Below, piece after piece: positions 9,006 through 19,229 of a DNA stretch of 64,000 bases (positions within the stretch are counted from its first letter, which is position 1; every line of letters starts with the position of its first letter). This DNA comes from Candidatus Aenigmatarchaeota archaeon (lineage in GTDB: Archaea > Aenigmatarchaeota > Aenigmatarchaeia > QMZP01 > QMZT01), in NCBI GenBank assembly GCA_026397315.1, contig JAPLVC010000003.1, positions 1-64,000 of the forward strand, given 5' to 3'. The notes under the pieces are model-generated. The model saw only the letters and a list, made by a program, of their open reading frames with translations. It made no database searches and was not told the DNA's origin. The position numbers and the translations under genes are program-made.

Positions 9006-10316
9006 ATGGGGTTTCTCGGTTTTCTGAAGAAGGGCAAAAAGCCTGCGCTCGAGACGACGATTTCAGACAACGCTTCCCATGAAAATGCGGTTGCCGGGGA
9101 AGAAGTCGCGCTGGCTGACGTCATGGCTGCTATCATCGCTTCCCGCGAGAAGTGGCTTGCCGAGGAGCGGAAGCGGGCGAAAACGCTGCACGGGAAGATA
9201 CTGGACGAATTCGCTTCTGTGAGGAAGCTCGCCGAATCGCTGGGGAAGGAGAAGTTCGAGGCCGACGACAAAACCTACGCCGTCGTCAACATGCTCAAGG
9301 ACAACTACACGAAGAAGGCATCGTCGCTCCTTTCGAACCCGCCGCGCATAAACGATTATAATTACGAGGAAATCGCTGGTTTCTCCGCTTCTGTCAAAAA
9401 GACGCTGGCCGAGCTGCTCAACATCCCGCCGAAGCAAGCGGTCCTTCTCACACGCTACTTCAAGAAAGACGCTTCCAAAATCATACTCAGGCTGAAGGAG
9501 GCGGACGTCGCCCACATGGAGCTTTCATCGCTTCTCAACGGCAGCGACCTTCACCTTTACAGCAGGATCGACGCCGGCGTACGAACTGTCGGGGAGATGG
9601 CGGCTAAGGTGATGGACTTCGACGCTAGCCTCAACGGCCTTGGCGGCAGGATGGAAGGCAAGCAGGAAGAGCTGGGCGGCAAGAAACAAAACGCTAGCGC
9701 ATTCCTGGAAAGCGAGGAGAGCCGGAACCATCATGCGCTGGAGAACGAGATAAAACGCATGGAAGGCGAGCGCGATTCGCTTGCCGGAAAGCTGGGCGAC
9801 GAGCTCTCGCCATTGAAGCGGCCGGCGAAGAAGCTGGAGCATTCCCTAGCGAATGATGCTAAGGCGAAGGAGAAGAAGGAATTATATTCCAAGATCGCGC
9901 ACTCGCCGCTGAAAGTCATGCTTAGCGATGGCGATGCCGCGATAGCGGACGTGCTGGCGAGGCTCAGGGAAACGAATCTCAAGGATGAGGACAAGGAGCA
10001 TGTTGAAGAGCTGACCAAGAAAATCGAATTGGGTTACCTTTCCGAGCTCGCGGACAAATACAAGTGGCTCGAGAACGAGATAGCGGACAAAAAAGCGCAG
10101 CTCGATAAATCCCCGTTCCCCGAAAAACGCATGAAAAACGAGAGGGAAGTGGACAGCGCCGGTCACGAGCTCGCGGAGATGAAGAGGGAGCATGAGCGGC
10201 TCTCGCGTGCGCGCTCGGAAGCGATGGAAAAAGCGAGGGCTGAAAAGCGCAGGCTCGAAGAGCTGATTGAGAGGCAGGCTAAAATCAAGCTCAAAATAAA
10301 TCTTGGGGTGGTTTGA
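9006..10316 (+). CDS. long coiled-coil protein of unknown function
   Basis: E/K-rich heptads; stop overlaps thiM start. Confidence 0.75.
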   Translation: MGFLGFLKKGKKPALETTISDNASHENAVAGEEVALADVMAAIIASREKWLAEERKRAKTLHGKILDEFASVRKLAESLGKEKFEADDKTYAVVNMLKDNYTKKASSLLSNPPRINDYNYEEIAGFSASVKKTLAELLNIPPKQAVLLTRYFKKDASKIILRLKEADVAHMELSSLLNGSDLHLYSRIDAGVRTVGEMAAKVMDFDASLNGLGGRMEGKQEELGGKKQNASAFLESEESRNHHALENEIKRMEGERDSLAGKLGDELSPLKRPAKKLEHSLANDAKAKEKKELYSKIAHSPLKVMLSDGDAAIADVLARLRETNLKDEDKEHVEELTKKIELGYLSELADKYKWLENEIADKKAQLDKSPFPEKRMKNEREVDSAGHELAEMKREHERLSRARSEAMEKARAEKRRLEELIERQAKIKLKINLGVV

Positions 10317-11116
10317 TGGATGAAATTTATGCAGTTCTGGAGAAGCTTAAAGAGTCGAAGCCGCTGGTGCACCACATAACCAACTGGGTGACGATATACG
10401 ATTGCGCCAACGTGACGCGCGTGCTGGGCGCTTTGCCCGTGATGGCGCACGCCAAAGAAGAAGTGGAAGAGATGGCGTCAGGCTCGCAGGCGCTCGTGCT
10501 GAACATCGGAACCCTGACGCCGGACCTCGTCGACTCTATGATATCCGCAGGCAAAAAAGCAAACGAGAAAGGAGCGCCGATCATCATGGACGCGGTGGGC
10601 GTGGGCTCTACAAGCCTGCGCACGGACAAGGCGAAGGAGATTCTGGAGAAAGTGCATGTTGATATCGTGAAGGGGAATCTCGGCGAGATGGGCACGCTGG
10701 CGGGCGTGAAAGCGAGTGTGAGAGGCGTCGAATCTAATGGCGCAGCAGCGGACGCAAAAGACGTCGCCAGCGCCGTCGCTAGAAAATACAAGACGGTCGC
10801 CGTCGTCACGGGCAAGGATAGCGTCGCTTCCGACGGTAAAATGGCGTACGTGGTTTCGAACGGTCACATAATGATGACCAGCGTCGTGGGAACGGGATGC
10901 ATGGCCGCGAGCGTTATAGCCGCTTTCGCAGCGGTCGAGAATGATCATGTCAAGGCAGCCGCTTACGCACTGGTGTGCTTCGGCATCGCGGGCCAGCTGG
11001 CTGCAGCGAAATCGAAGGGTCCGGGCAGCTTCATGGATAATTTCTACGACGAGATTTACAGCCTTGACGAGAAGAAGATAGCGAAGCTGAAAAAAATAAA
11101 AAAGGTAAAGGTCTAG
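10313..11116 (+). CDS. thiM: hydroxyethylthiazole kinase
   Basis: PLVHHITNWV, LNIGTL, KGN, GTGC motifs. Confidence 0.95.
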   Translation: MMDEIYAVLEKLKESKPLVHHITNWVTIYDCANVTRVLGALPVMAHAKEEVEEMASGSQALVLNIGTLTPDLVDSMISAGKKANEKGAPIIMDAVGVGSTSLRTDKAKEILEKVHVDIVKGNLGEMGTLAGVKASVRGVESNGAAADAKDVASAVARKYKTVAVVTGKDSVASDGKMAYVVSNGHIMMTSVVGTGCMAASVIAAFAAVENDHVKAAAYALVCFGIAGQLAAAKSKGPGSFMDNFYDEIYSLDEKKIAKLKKIKKVKV

Positions 11117-11764
11117 ATGGGAAAGCTGGATTTTGGCTTGTATTTCATAACAGACCGGGCGCTTTCGCGCAGCGGCGTAATCAGCGACGCGAAGGCTGCG
11201 ATACGCGCAGGCGTACGTATCGTCCAGTACAGGGAGAAGTCGCTCGCCAGGGAACGGATGATCGCGGAGGCTAGGGAAATCGCTGGTCTCTGTAAAAAGG
11301 CGAATGTGACTTTCATAGTGAACGATTATATTGACGTCGCCGTCGCCAGCGCCGCGGACGGCTTGCACATCGGGCCGTGCGACATGCCGCTAGCAGAAGC
11401 GAGAAAGACGTTAGGTGACGGGAAGATAATAGGTGTAACGGCCGGCTCTGTTGCTGATGCCTTGCGTTTTGAGCGGGCGGGGGCAGACTATATAGGCCTG
11501 AGCCCAATATTCGCAACCGCGACCAAGAAGGACGCTGGTCAGCCTGTCGGCCTGGACGCTATCAGGGAAGCGAGCAAACGATTGCGCATCCCGTTCGTGG
11601 CGATAGGCGGTATAAACCGGGAGAACCTGACCAGCGTACTTGATGCGGGCGCGAAAAGCGTATGCATGATATCAGCCATTCTTAAATCCGGGGGCATAGA
11701 GAAAGAAGTGAGGGAAATCAGGGGGATAATAAATGAGCACGCAGCTCGAAAAGGCAAGAAATAA
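11117..11764 (+). CDS. thiE: thiamine-phosphate synthase
   Basis: LYFITD, QYREK, VND, T.TK, AIGGI. Confidence 0.95.
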   Translation: MGKLDFGLYFITDRALSRSGVISDAKAAIRAGVRIVQYREKSLARERMIAEAREIAGLCKKANVTFIVNDYIDVAVASAADGLHIGPCDMPLAEARKTLGDGKIIGVTAGSVADALRFERAGADYIGLSPIFATATKKDAGQPVGLDAIREASKRLRIPFVAIGGINRENLTSVLDAGAKSVCMISAILKSGGIEKEVREIRGIINEHAARKGKK

Positions 11765-13004
11765 ACAGCTTACTGAGGAAATGGAAATCGTCGCTAGGTC
11801 CGAGAAAGTCAATGTGAAAGAGCTCATGAGGAACATCGCGAAAGGTTATGCCGTCATTCCTGCCAGCGACTTGCACAAAAGCCTCAAACCGATCGGAATT
11901 GGGAAGGGATTGCGCATCAAGATTAATGCCAACATCGGCACGTCTGTCGCTAAAGCGGACGTCGCTTACGAGCTGGAGAAGCTGAGGGTTTCGATAGAAG
12001 CGGGCGCGGACACAGTCATGGACCTGAGCACTGGAGGCGACATAGACCTGGTGAGGCGCGAGATAATAAAGCATTCCACTATCCCTGTCGGGACTGTTCC
12101 CATTTACCAGGCCGTCTGCGACCGCAATGAAATAGTCGGCCTTACTGCAAATGATTTTCTCAATGGCATACGAAAGCACATAGAGGACGGCGTGGACTTT
12201 ATCACGATACATTCGGGCGTGACGAAGGCCGCGATCCCGCTGGTGCGGAAGCGAACGATGGGCGCTGTATCGAGAGGCGGAGCTTTCCTGATAAAGTGGA
12301 TGGAGCATAACCAGCGGGAGAATCCGCTGTATGATAATTTCGACAAGATCCTCAAGATGGCTTACAAGCATGATGTTACTCTTAGTCTCGGCGACGGCCT
12401 GCGCCCCGGCTGCATAAAGGACGCGACGGACAAGGCGCAGCTACACGAACTGCGCGTGCTCGGTGAACTGGCTGACGCCGCGTACAAAGAGAATGTGCAG
12501 GTCATGATCGAGGGACCGGGCCACATTCCCATCAATGAGATAAAGAAGAACATCGACCTGCAGAAGAAGATATGCAAGGGCAGGCCGTTCTATGTTTTAG
12601 GGCCCATCGTCACGGACGTCGCGCCGGGCTATGACCATATCACTTCGGCTATCGGAGGCGCTCTCGCCGCTTTTTACGGTGCTGATTATTTGTGTTACGT
12701 AACTCCGAAAGAGCATCTCGGATTGCCTGAGATTGACGACGTCCGCGAGGGAGTGATTGCCGCCAAGATAGCCGCACACGCTGCAGACGTCGCCCTCGGC
12801 CGCGGACGCGAATGGGACGATTCGATGGCTGACGCAAGAGCGAATCTGGACTGGGAGCAGATGATGAAGCTTGCCATAAATCCGTCGAAGGCGAGACAAA
12901 TGAGGAAGGAATGCTCTCCGAAGGACGTGAATGCCTGCTCGATGTGCGACCGGTTCTGCTCCGTAAAGCTGATGAAAGAAATGAGGGAGAAACGATGCGA
13001 ATAA
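11733..13004 (+). CDS. thiC: phosphomethylpyrimidine synthase
   Basis: KINANIGTS, SRGG, EGPGH, CSMC...C. Confidence 0.97.
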   Translation: MSTQLEKARNKQLTEEMEIVARSEKVNVKELMRNIAKGYAVIPASDLHKSLKPIGIGKGLRIKINANIGTSVAKADVAYELEKLRVSIEAGADTVMDLSTGGDIDLVRREIIKHSTIPVGTVPIYQAVCDRNEIVGLTANDFLNGIRKHIEDGVDFITIHSGVTKAAIPLVRKRTMGAVSRGGAFLIKWMEHNQRENPLYDNFDKILKMAYKHDVTLSLGDGLRPGCIKDATDKAQLHELRVLGELADAAYKENVQVMIEGPGHIPINEIKKNIDLQKKICKGRPFYVLGPIVTDVAPGYDHITSAIGGALAAFYGADYLCYVTPKEHLGLPEIDDVREGVIAAKIAAHAADVALGRGREWDDSMADARANLDWEQMMKLAINPSKARQMRKECSPKDVNACSMCDRFCSVKLMKEMREKRCE

Positions 13005-13954
13005 AGGACATAGGTGGCGAATTCGGGCTCATCGCTAGAGTCGCGCGCAGGATAAAGGACAAGAGCGTGGCGAACCAGATAGGCGACGACACAGCGGTCG
13101 TGCGCGTCGGAGGCAAGACGCTTCTTTTCACGATTGACACCTTGGTCGAGGACGACCATTTCGCTCTTCGCTGGTCGACGCCGGAGCATATCGGCGCGAA
13201 AGCGATGGAGTCGAACGTCTCAGACATCGCGGCTAACGGTGGCCGCCCTCGCTACGCGCTCGTTTCCATCTGTCTCAAAGACGAAACGCCAGTCGAATTC
13301 GTGGACGGCCTCTACAAGGGCATCTACTCGGTCGCGGACAAATACGGCTTCGAGATAATAGGCGGCAACTTCACCCACGGCAAGCAGATCGTAATCGACG
13401 TGGCCATGGTGGGCGAAACGCAGAAACCTGTTCTTCGCTCAGGAGCGCGCGAAGGCGACCTTATATGCGCGACCGGCGACCTAGGTAAGTCGAAGGCCGG
13501 GCTCGAGTTGTTCAGGCATTTCGGCAACGGGGCAAAGCGCTTCGGTGCTGTGAAAGCGCATCTTGAACCAAAATGCAGGCTGAACGAATCCATGATTATT
13601 GCTAAATTCGCTAGTGCCATGATTGACGTTTCCGACGGGCTCGCACCCGAGGTCGGCCACATATGCGAATCGTCGGGGGTGGGCGCGGTCGTGTACAAGG
13701 AAAAAATTCCCGTATCCAAGTCGACGCGCTCTGCGGCTGAGCTGCTCAAAGCGGATGCTTACGACTTCGCCCTGCGTGGCGGAGAGGATTACGAGCTGGT
13801 CTTCACGATTTCCCAGAAAAACCTCACGAAGCTGAAAGCGAAATTCAAGGCTTTCGCAGTCGTGGGGAAAATACTGCCGCAGAAAAGCGGGATTTATCTT
13901 CTGGAAAACGGCAAAAAGAAATCGCTGGGCAAGGGATACGACCACTTCGTGTAA
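12995..13954 (+). CDS. thiL: thiamine-monophosphate kinase
   Basis: GEFGLI, IGDDTA, NVSDIAA, DVSDGL, GGEDYEL, GYDHF. Confidence 0.95.
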   Translation: MRIKDIGGEFGLIARVARRIKDKSVANQIGDDTAVVRVGGKTLLFTIDTLVEDDHFALRWSTPEHIGAKAMESNVSDIAANGGRPRYALVSICLKDETPVEFVDGLYKGIYSVADKYGFEIIGGNFTHGKQIVIDVAMVGETQKPVLRSGAREGDLICATGDLGKSKAGLELFRHFGNGAKRFGAVKAHLEPKCRLNESMIIAKFASAMIDVSDGLAPEVGHICESSGVGAVVYKEKIPVSKSTRSAAELLKADAYDFALRGGEDYELVFTISQKNLTKLKAKFKAFAVVGKILPQKSGIYLLENGKKKSLGKGYDHFV

Positions 13955-13983
13955 TTTTTATAGAATAAAAATAAATCATATTC

Positions 13984-14289
13984 ATGAAGAAAATTCTGAT
14001 CATCCTGATTCTGATAGCTATCGTTTGTATTGTATCTAGTCTGATTGCTTTTCTAATGCCGACTTTGGGATGTTCTTTTTGGAACTACGACGCCTGCGAC
14101 TTTTCCTGTTCGGTGGATTCTGATTGCAGCTTTAAGGGTTGCAGTTGCATGAACAAAAATGAATCATATTCGCTAAGCAGATGTTACGGTCCTTTCATGT
14201 GCGAAAGCGTGTCGCCCATGTGTGCTGCCGGAACATGTAAATGCGTTGACAACAAATGCAGCTTTGAAGTGAAAAAATTAGGGAACTAG
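13984..14289 (+). CDS. Cys-rich membrane-anchored/secreted protein
   Basis: N-terminal TM; C..DSDC...GCSC...C.C...KC pattern. Confidence 0.7.
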   Translation: MKKILIILILIAIVCIVSSLIAFLMPTLGCSFWNYDACDFSCSVDSDCSFKGCSCMNKNESYSLSRCYGPFMCESVSPMCAAGTCKCVDNKCSFEVKKLGN

Positions 14290-15552
14290 TTTTTCAGGGG
14301 TGCGCGGGAAGAGAATCGCCTCCTGCACGTCGGGAATGTTCATGATCTGCTTGACGAAGCGCTCGACGCCAAAGCCAATCCCCCCATGCGGCGGCATTCC
14401 ATATCTGAAAGCGTCGAGGTAGAACTTGAAGTCGGCTGGATTCAAACCTTTCTGCCTCATTACGTCTGCTAACACTTCGTAGCGGTGCTCGCGCTGGCCG
14501 CCTGAGGCGAGCTCAAGGCCTTTGTAGTCGAGGTCAATCCCCCGCGACACGTCGCCGTCGAGCATTACGTAGAACGGCTTGAGCACGGACGGGTATTTGA
14601 TTATGAAATATATTTCGTGGCCCTGCTTCTTCATTATCTCGGCGAACTTCGATTCCTCAGCGTCCTCGAGGTCGTCGCCGAACTTCTTGTGCATACCGTT
14701 CTTGTTCAGCGTGTCTATGACCTCATGGTAAGTGATGCGTTTGAAAGGCAGGTCCGGCACGACCAGGTCATGGAGCATTTCGTGCTTGAGCCCTTTCATG
14801 ACGTGGACGACCATGTTCTCCAGCACGCGGAGCACGTCTTCTTCGCTGTCTATCCACGCCATCTCGAAGTCGAGCGACAAAAATTCTGAAATATGCCTGC
14901 GGGTGTGGAACTTCTCGGCCCTGAACGCCTGGCCCATCTCGTATACCTTGTCCAGGCCGGACGCCATCATCATCTGCTTGTACAGCTGCGGCGATTGCCT
15001 CAGATACGCGTCCTTGCCGTAATAGTTGAACTTGAAAAGAGTCGAACCGCCCTCCGCGCCGGCCGCCTGAATCACGGGCGTATGGATTTCGATGAAGCCG
15101 TTCTTGCGGAAGTATTCGTCGATAAGCGAAAGCGTCCGGTCGCGCACGAGGAAGATTTTCTGGATCTCCGGCCTGCGCAGGTCGAGATATCGGTAGTCGA
15201 AGCGTGTGTCTTTCCATGATTCGACGTTCCTGTCCATGGGCAGCGGCCTCTCGGCGCCCGCCAGGACCTTTACGCTCGACGGTATGACCTCGTAGCCGAG
15301 CTTCGCTATCTTCGATTCCATCGCCGTTCCGTCGACCTCGACGCAGTCTTCCTTGCCGAGCTTCGAAATCGTCTCGAACACGCCTTCGGACACGTCTTCC
15401 TTCTTGGCGGTTATCTGCACCTTGCCCTCGCGGTCGCGCAAAGTGAGGAATATTATCTTGCCTATGTTCCTGACGTCGTCCACCCAGCCCTTCAGCCTGA
15501 CTTTAGCCCCGGCCTTCAGATCGTTCGAATAAGTGCGCTCCATAATCATCAT
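14278..15552 (-). CDS. aspS: aspartate--tRNA ligase (archaeal type)
   Basis: LRQSPQLYKQ, FRAEK..TRRH..EF, SGGQREH, PPHGGIGFGVER. Confidence 0.93.
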   Translation of the reverse strand: MMIMERTYSNDLKAGAKVRLKGWVDDVRNIGKIIFLTLRDREGKVQITAKKEDVSEGVFETISKLGKEDCVEVDGTAMESKIAKLGYEVIPSSVKVLAGAERPLPMDRNVESWKDTRFDYRYLDLRRPEIQKIFLVRDRTLSLIDEYFRKNGFIEIHTPVIQAAGAEGGSTLFKFNYYGKDAYLRQSPQLYKQMMMASGLDKVYEMGQAFRAEKFHTRRHISEFLSLDFEMAWIDSEEDVLRVLENMVVHVMKGLKHEMLHDLVVPDLPFKRITYHEVIDTLNKNGMHKKFGDDLEDAEESKFAEIMKKQGHEIYFIIKYPSVLKPFYVMLDGDVSRGIDLDYKGLELASGGQREHRYEVLADVMRQKGLNPADFKFYLDAFRYGMPPHGGIGFGVERFVKQIMNIPDVQEAILFPRTPEKLVP

Positions 15553-15678
15553 TTTTGTCGTTCAGGATATTAATATTTGCCGTTTTCAGGCTAGGTTTCG
15601 AAGACGCTTGGAAACGCTAATTATGGCAATATAAAACTTGTAGGCGAATAGTGTTTATTTCATGTTCAGGATGAAAAC

Positions 15679-16200
15679 ATGCAGGAATACGAGACGCTCG
15701 CGCACAGACTCGCGAAGAAATACGGCGACATGGCGAAAAAGAAATATTTTAAGAGAAACCCGCATGTCCCAATGAATGAAAAAATAGCCCTGAACGAGGA
15801 GATGCACTACACCGCCGAGAGGTTCAAGGGCAAGAATCTTTTCGAGGCGGCGAAAGAGCTGCTTTTTCTCGGCTCGCCGCAGCACGTGACTCCCGCATCC
15901 TGCCCGGACAATATCTACAGGAAATTACATAACAAGCTGATAGAGCAATTCGGCGATGAAAATGCTTCGAAATTTGAATCGGTGCACGCGGACAGGGGCG
16001 TTTTCAGTGCCGGCTTTTACGAGGAGCTTCTGGGAGAGACGTTTTCCGATACCGCAAGCATGTTCATAACCACACTTGACATAGAGCTGAACGGTCACAA
16101 AGACGGAGATAAAAGAAAGGTTACATACACGACGCTGTGGCATCACAGGGAGGAGAACGGCCATAACGGACAGTCTGGCGTCAGCCCTCCCTCAGAATGA
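15679..16200 (+). CDS. hypothetical protein
   Basis: 173-aa ORF filling gap. Confidence 0.55.
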   Translation: MQEYETLAHRLAKKYGDMAKKKYFKRNPHVPMNEKIALNEEMHYTAERFKGKNLFEAAKELLFLGSPQHVTPASCPDNIYRKLHNKLIEQFGDENASKFESVHADRGVFSAGFYEELLGETFSDTASMFITTLDIELNGHKDGDKRKVTYTTLWHHREENGHNGQSGVSPPSE

Positions 16201-16696
16201 CGAGCGTCTCGGTCGACTCGATGCCCTGCACGTCGCGCAGCTTCTCTATTATTATCTTGTCAAGCTCGTCTATGTCCTTCACGCGGATGAGAAGTATGAT
16301 GTCTATCGTCCCGGTCACGATGTCGGCCTTGTGCACGAAGTCCAGGCGCCTGAGATCCTTTACAAGGTCGTGCTGCGTGCGGCGGAAGCCTTTCATGTAT
16401 TTGGAATCGACTTTGACCAGCACGTACGCGGCAATGCCCTTGCCTATCTTGCGGTAGTCGACGTCGATGGTAAAACGCTTTATGATGCCCAGCTTCTTCA
16501 TGCGCCTTATGCGATTATGCACGGTAGTTATGGGCAATAGGGTGCGGGAGGCGACCTGCCGCACGGTCAGGTCGCCGTTATCCCGGAGAATCTCAAGGAT
16601 GCGCAGATCCTTGTTGTCGACCTCGGTTCCGGTTTTCCCGCCTTTCGCGTCCGGATGTGCTTCCGTAGCGTAATCCATATTGAACATTTGTTCCAT
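16181..16696 (-). CDS. Lrp/AsnC family transcriptional regulator
   Basis: D..IL..L..NG....TTVHNRIRRM..GIIK HTH; RAM domain VTGTIDII. Confidence 0.93.
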   Translation of the reverse strand: MEQMFNMDYATEAHPDAKGGKTGTEVDNKDLRILEILRDNGDLTVRQVASRTLLPITTVHNRIRRMKKLGIIKRFTIDVDYRKIGKGIAAYVLVKVDSKYMKGFRRTQHDLVKDLRRLDFVHKADIVTGTIDIILLIRVKDIDELDKIIIEKLRDVQGIESTETLVILREG

Positions 16697-16802
16697 TTAG
16701 TATATAAATTTTGGCATTTTTTGCATATTTTTCAACAAAAACAGGTATAAACATATATACCGTCTCCTCCAAGCAAACGTTATCTGAAAAGGAGGAGTTT
16801 GC

Positions 16803-17837
16803 ATGAAAGATACGAAATACGCTCGTTACGAATCGCTGCTTGGCATCAGGGAAACGGAAAAAGAGATAAAAATCATAAAGGACTTTTTCCAGGATGCGCT
16901 AGCTTCGTCGCTAGCGCTGCAGCGCGTGTCCGCTCCCATAATCGTGAGGAGCGGGACCGGAGTCAACGACGACCTTAACGGCATCGAGCATAAAGTCTCT
17001 TTCACAATCCCCGACGATGCGCACGCGATGGCTGAAATCGTGTTCTCGCTGGCCAAATGGAAGCGGCTCGCGCTCGCTGAATACGGCTTCATGCCGGGCG
17101 AGGGATTGTATACCGACATGAACGCCATACGCCCGGACGAGACGCTGGACGAATTCCACTCGCTCTATGTCGACCAGTGGGACTGGGAGAAAATCATCCT
17201 GCCCGGCGAACGCTCGCTGGCGACGCTGAAAGCGACGGTGAGGAAAATTTACGGCGTGATAAAGGCGACTGAGGCCATGGTGTACTCTCGCCATCCGCAG
17301 ATAAAGCCGTTCCTGCCGGACGACATAAGTTTCATTCACGCAGAGGAACTGCAGTCCATGTATCCGCATCTCACACCGAAACAGAGGGAAGACGCGATCG
17401 CCAAGGAGAAAGGCGCCGTATTCGTAATAGGCATCGGAAGCGAACTGGCGGATGGCAAGCCGCATGACGGGCGCGCGCCGGACTACGACGACTGGATTAC
17501 GGAAACCGGCGAAGGGAAGCGCGGCCTCAACGGCGACATAATAGTCTGGTACCCGTTGTTAGCGAAGGCGATGGAGCTGTCGTCGATGGGAATACGCGTC
17601 GATAGCGAGTCGCTGGCGAAACAGCTCGAGATACGCAAAGCCGAAAGTCGCATGCGTCTGCGATGGCACTCGCGTTTGCTAGCAGGCGAGTTGCCACTTA
17701 CGATGGGCGGAGGCATAGGCCAGTCGCGCTTGTGCATGTTGTTCCTGCAAAAACTGCACATAGGCGAGGTGCAGGCGAGCATCTGGCCGGAGAGAATCTC
17801 GGACGAATGCGCCAGAAAAGGCGTGAGGCTGCTTTAG
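16803..17837 (+). CDS. asnA: aspartate--ammonia ligase (bacterial-type AsnA)
   Basis: SLAKWKR, HSLYVDQWDWE, RAPDYDDW, LSSMGIRV, GGGIGQSR. Confidence 0.96.
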   Translation: MKDTKYARYESLLGIRETEKEIKIIKDFFQDALASSLALQRVSAPIIVRSGTGVNDDLNGIEHKVSFTIPDDAHAMAEIVFSLAKWKRLALAEYGFMPGEGLYTDMNAIRPDETLDEFHSLYVDQWDWEKIILPGERSLATLKATVRKIYGVIKATEAMVYSRHPQIKPFLPDDISFIHAEELQSMYPHLTPKQREDAIAKEKGAVFVIGIGSELADGKPHDGRAPDYDDWITETGEGKRGLNGDIIVWYPLLAKAMELSSMGIRVDSESLAKQLEIRKAESRMRLRWHSRLLAGELPLTMGGGIGQSRLCMLFLQKLHIGEVQASIWPERISDECARKGVRLL

Positions 17838-17905
17838 CTTCCGCCAGCCAAATTTTTTAAGCACAGCTTTCAAAAATAAGTTATTCATTAAATAAGGGTG
17901 GTTGC

Positions 17906-19183
17906 ATGAACATCGACAAGTTGTCTCAAAGCATCGGCAAAACCATTGAGATAAAGGGATGGGTCTATCGCATGCGCGAGAGCAAGGACATCATATTCAT
18001 AGTCGTGCGCGATTCGAATGACGTGGTCCAGTGCACGATAAAGTCCGACAATAAGGATTTTGAAAAAGCGAAGTCGCTCACGATGGAGTCGTCAGTCATA
18101 ATCAAAGGCTCCGTCGTTGAAGACAAGCGCGCGCCGACGGGCTTCGAGCTGAAGATATCGTCGCTCGAACCCGTTCACATAGCCGAGCGCTACCCGATAA
18201 CGAAGGACCAATCCCCTGAATTTTTAATGGACGTGCGTCATCTATGGTTACGCTCGCGCCAGCTCACGGCCGCGATGAAAGTCCGTCACACTGTTGTCGG
18301 GGCGATACACAAGTTCTTCCGCGACCGCGGCTATTACGAATTCGACCCGCCCATATTCCAGCCCAGCCAGTGCGAAGGCGGAGCAACGCTCTTCCAGGTG
18401 AAATACTTCGACGACGTCACGTATCTGTCACAGTCATGGCAGCTCTACGCAGAGGCGGCGGTATTCGCTTTGGAGAAGGTATACGACATGTCTCCCACGT
18501 TCCGCGCTGAGCGGTCGAAAACATCGAGGCACCTCGCGGAGTTCTGGATGGCTGAGATGGAAGCCGCTTGGATGGAGCTGCACGAAGTCACTGAAGTCGC
18601 TAAAGACGAGGTCCGTTTCATAATCCAGGAAGTCCTGAAGCACAATAAGAAGGAGCTGGAGATTCTCGGCCAGGACGTGAAAAAACTGGAGGAAATGGTC
18701 AAGAAGCCGTTCCCCACCATCACATACACGCAGGCTCTCGAAATTTTAAGCAAGAAGGAAAGCCAGAAGATGGAGTGGGGCAAGGATCTGAGGACGATAG
18801 AGGAAGACCTGCTCATGAAGCATTTCGACACGCCGGTCGTCGTCACCAACTATCCGAAGGAGATAATGGCCTTCTACAAGCCGCGCGACCCGAAGGACCC
18901 GAAGACCGCGCTGTGCTTCGACATGCTCGCGCCCGAAGGATACGGCGAGATAATCGGCGGCTCGCAAAGAGATACGGACATAAAGGCGCTCTCCGAATCA
19001 CTGAAGAAGATGGGAGAGAAGCCGGAGAACTACGGCTGGTATCTCGATCTTCGTCGCTACGGCAGCGTGCCGCATTCGGGCTATGGACTCGGCGTCGAAC
19101 GAGTCGTAGCGTGGCTCTGCAAGCTCGAGAACATAAAGGACGCGATAGCGTTCCCGCGCACCCAGAGAAGGTTCAAGCCTTAA
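17906..19183 (+). CDS. asnS: asparagine--tRNA ligase
   Basis: RHLWLRS, YLSQSWQLY, RHLAEFWMAE, YGSVPHSGYGLGVER. Confidence 0.95.
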   Translation: MNIDKLSQSIGKTIEIKGWVYRMRESKDIIFIVVRDSNDVVQCTIKSDNKDFEKAKSLTMESSVIIKGSVVEDKRAPTGFELKISSLEPVHIAERYPITKDQSPEFLMDVRHLWLRSRQLTAAMKVRHTVVGAIHKFFRDRGYYEFDPPIFQPSQCEGGATLFQVKYFDDVTYLSQSWQLYAEAAVFALEKVYDMSPTFRAERSKTSRHLAEFWMAEMEAAWMELHEVTEVAKDEVRFIIQEVLKHNKKELEILGQDVKKLEEMVKKPFPTITYTQALEILSKKESQKMEWGKDLRTIEEDLLMKHFDTPVVVTNYPKEIMAFYKPRDPKDPKTALCFDMLAPEGYGEIIGGSQRDTDIKALSESLKKMGEKPENYGWYLDLRRYGSVPHSGYGLGVERVVAWLCKLENIKDAIAFPRTQRRFKP

Positions 19184-19229
19184 TACTCACACAATATCCG
19201 TTTTTAAATTTTGTTTACAACAAAATAGC

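Noticed and set aside
8921-10313. TPP riboswitch upstream of the thiamine operon
   Set aside because: No TPP consensus seen, and no intergenic space before thiM
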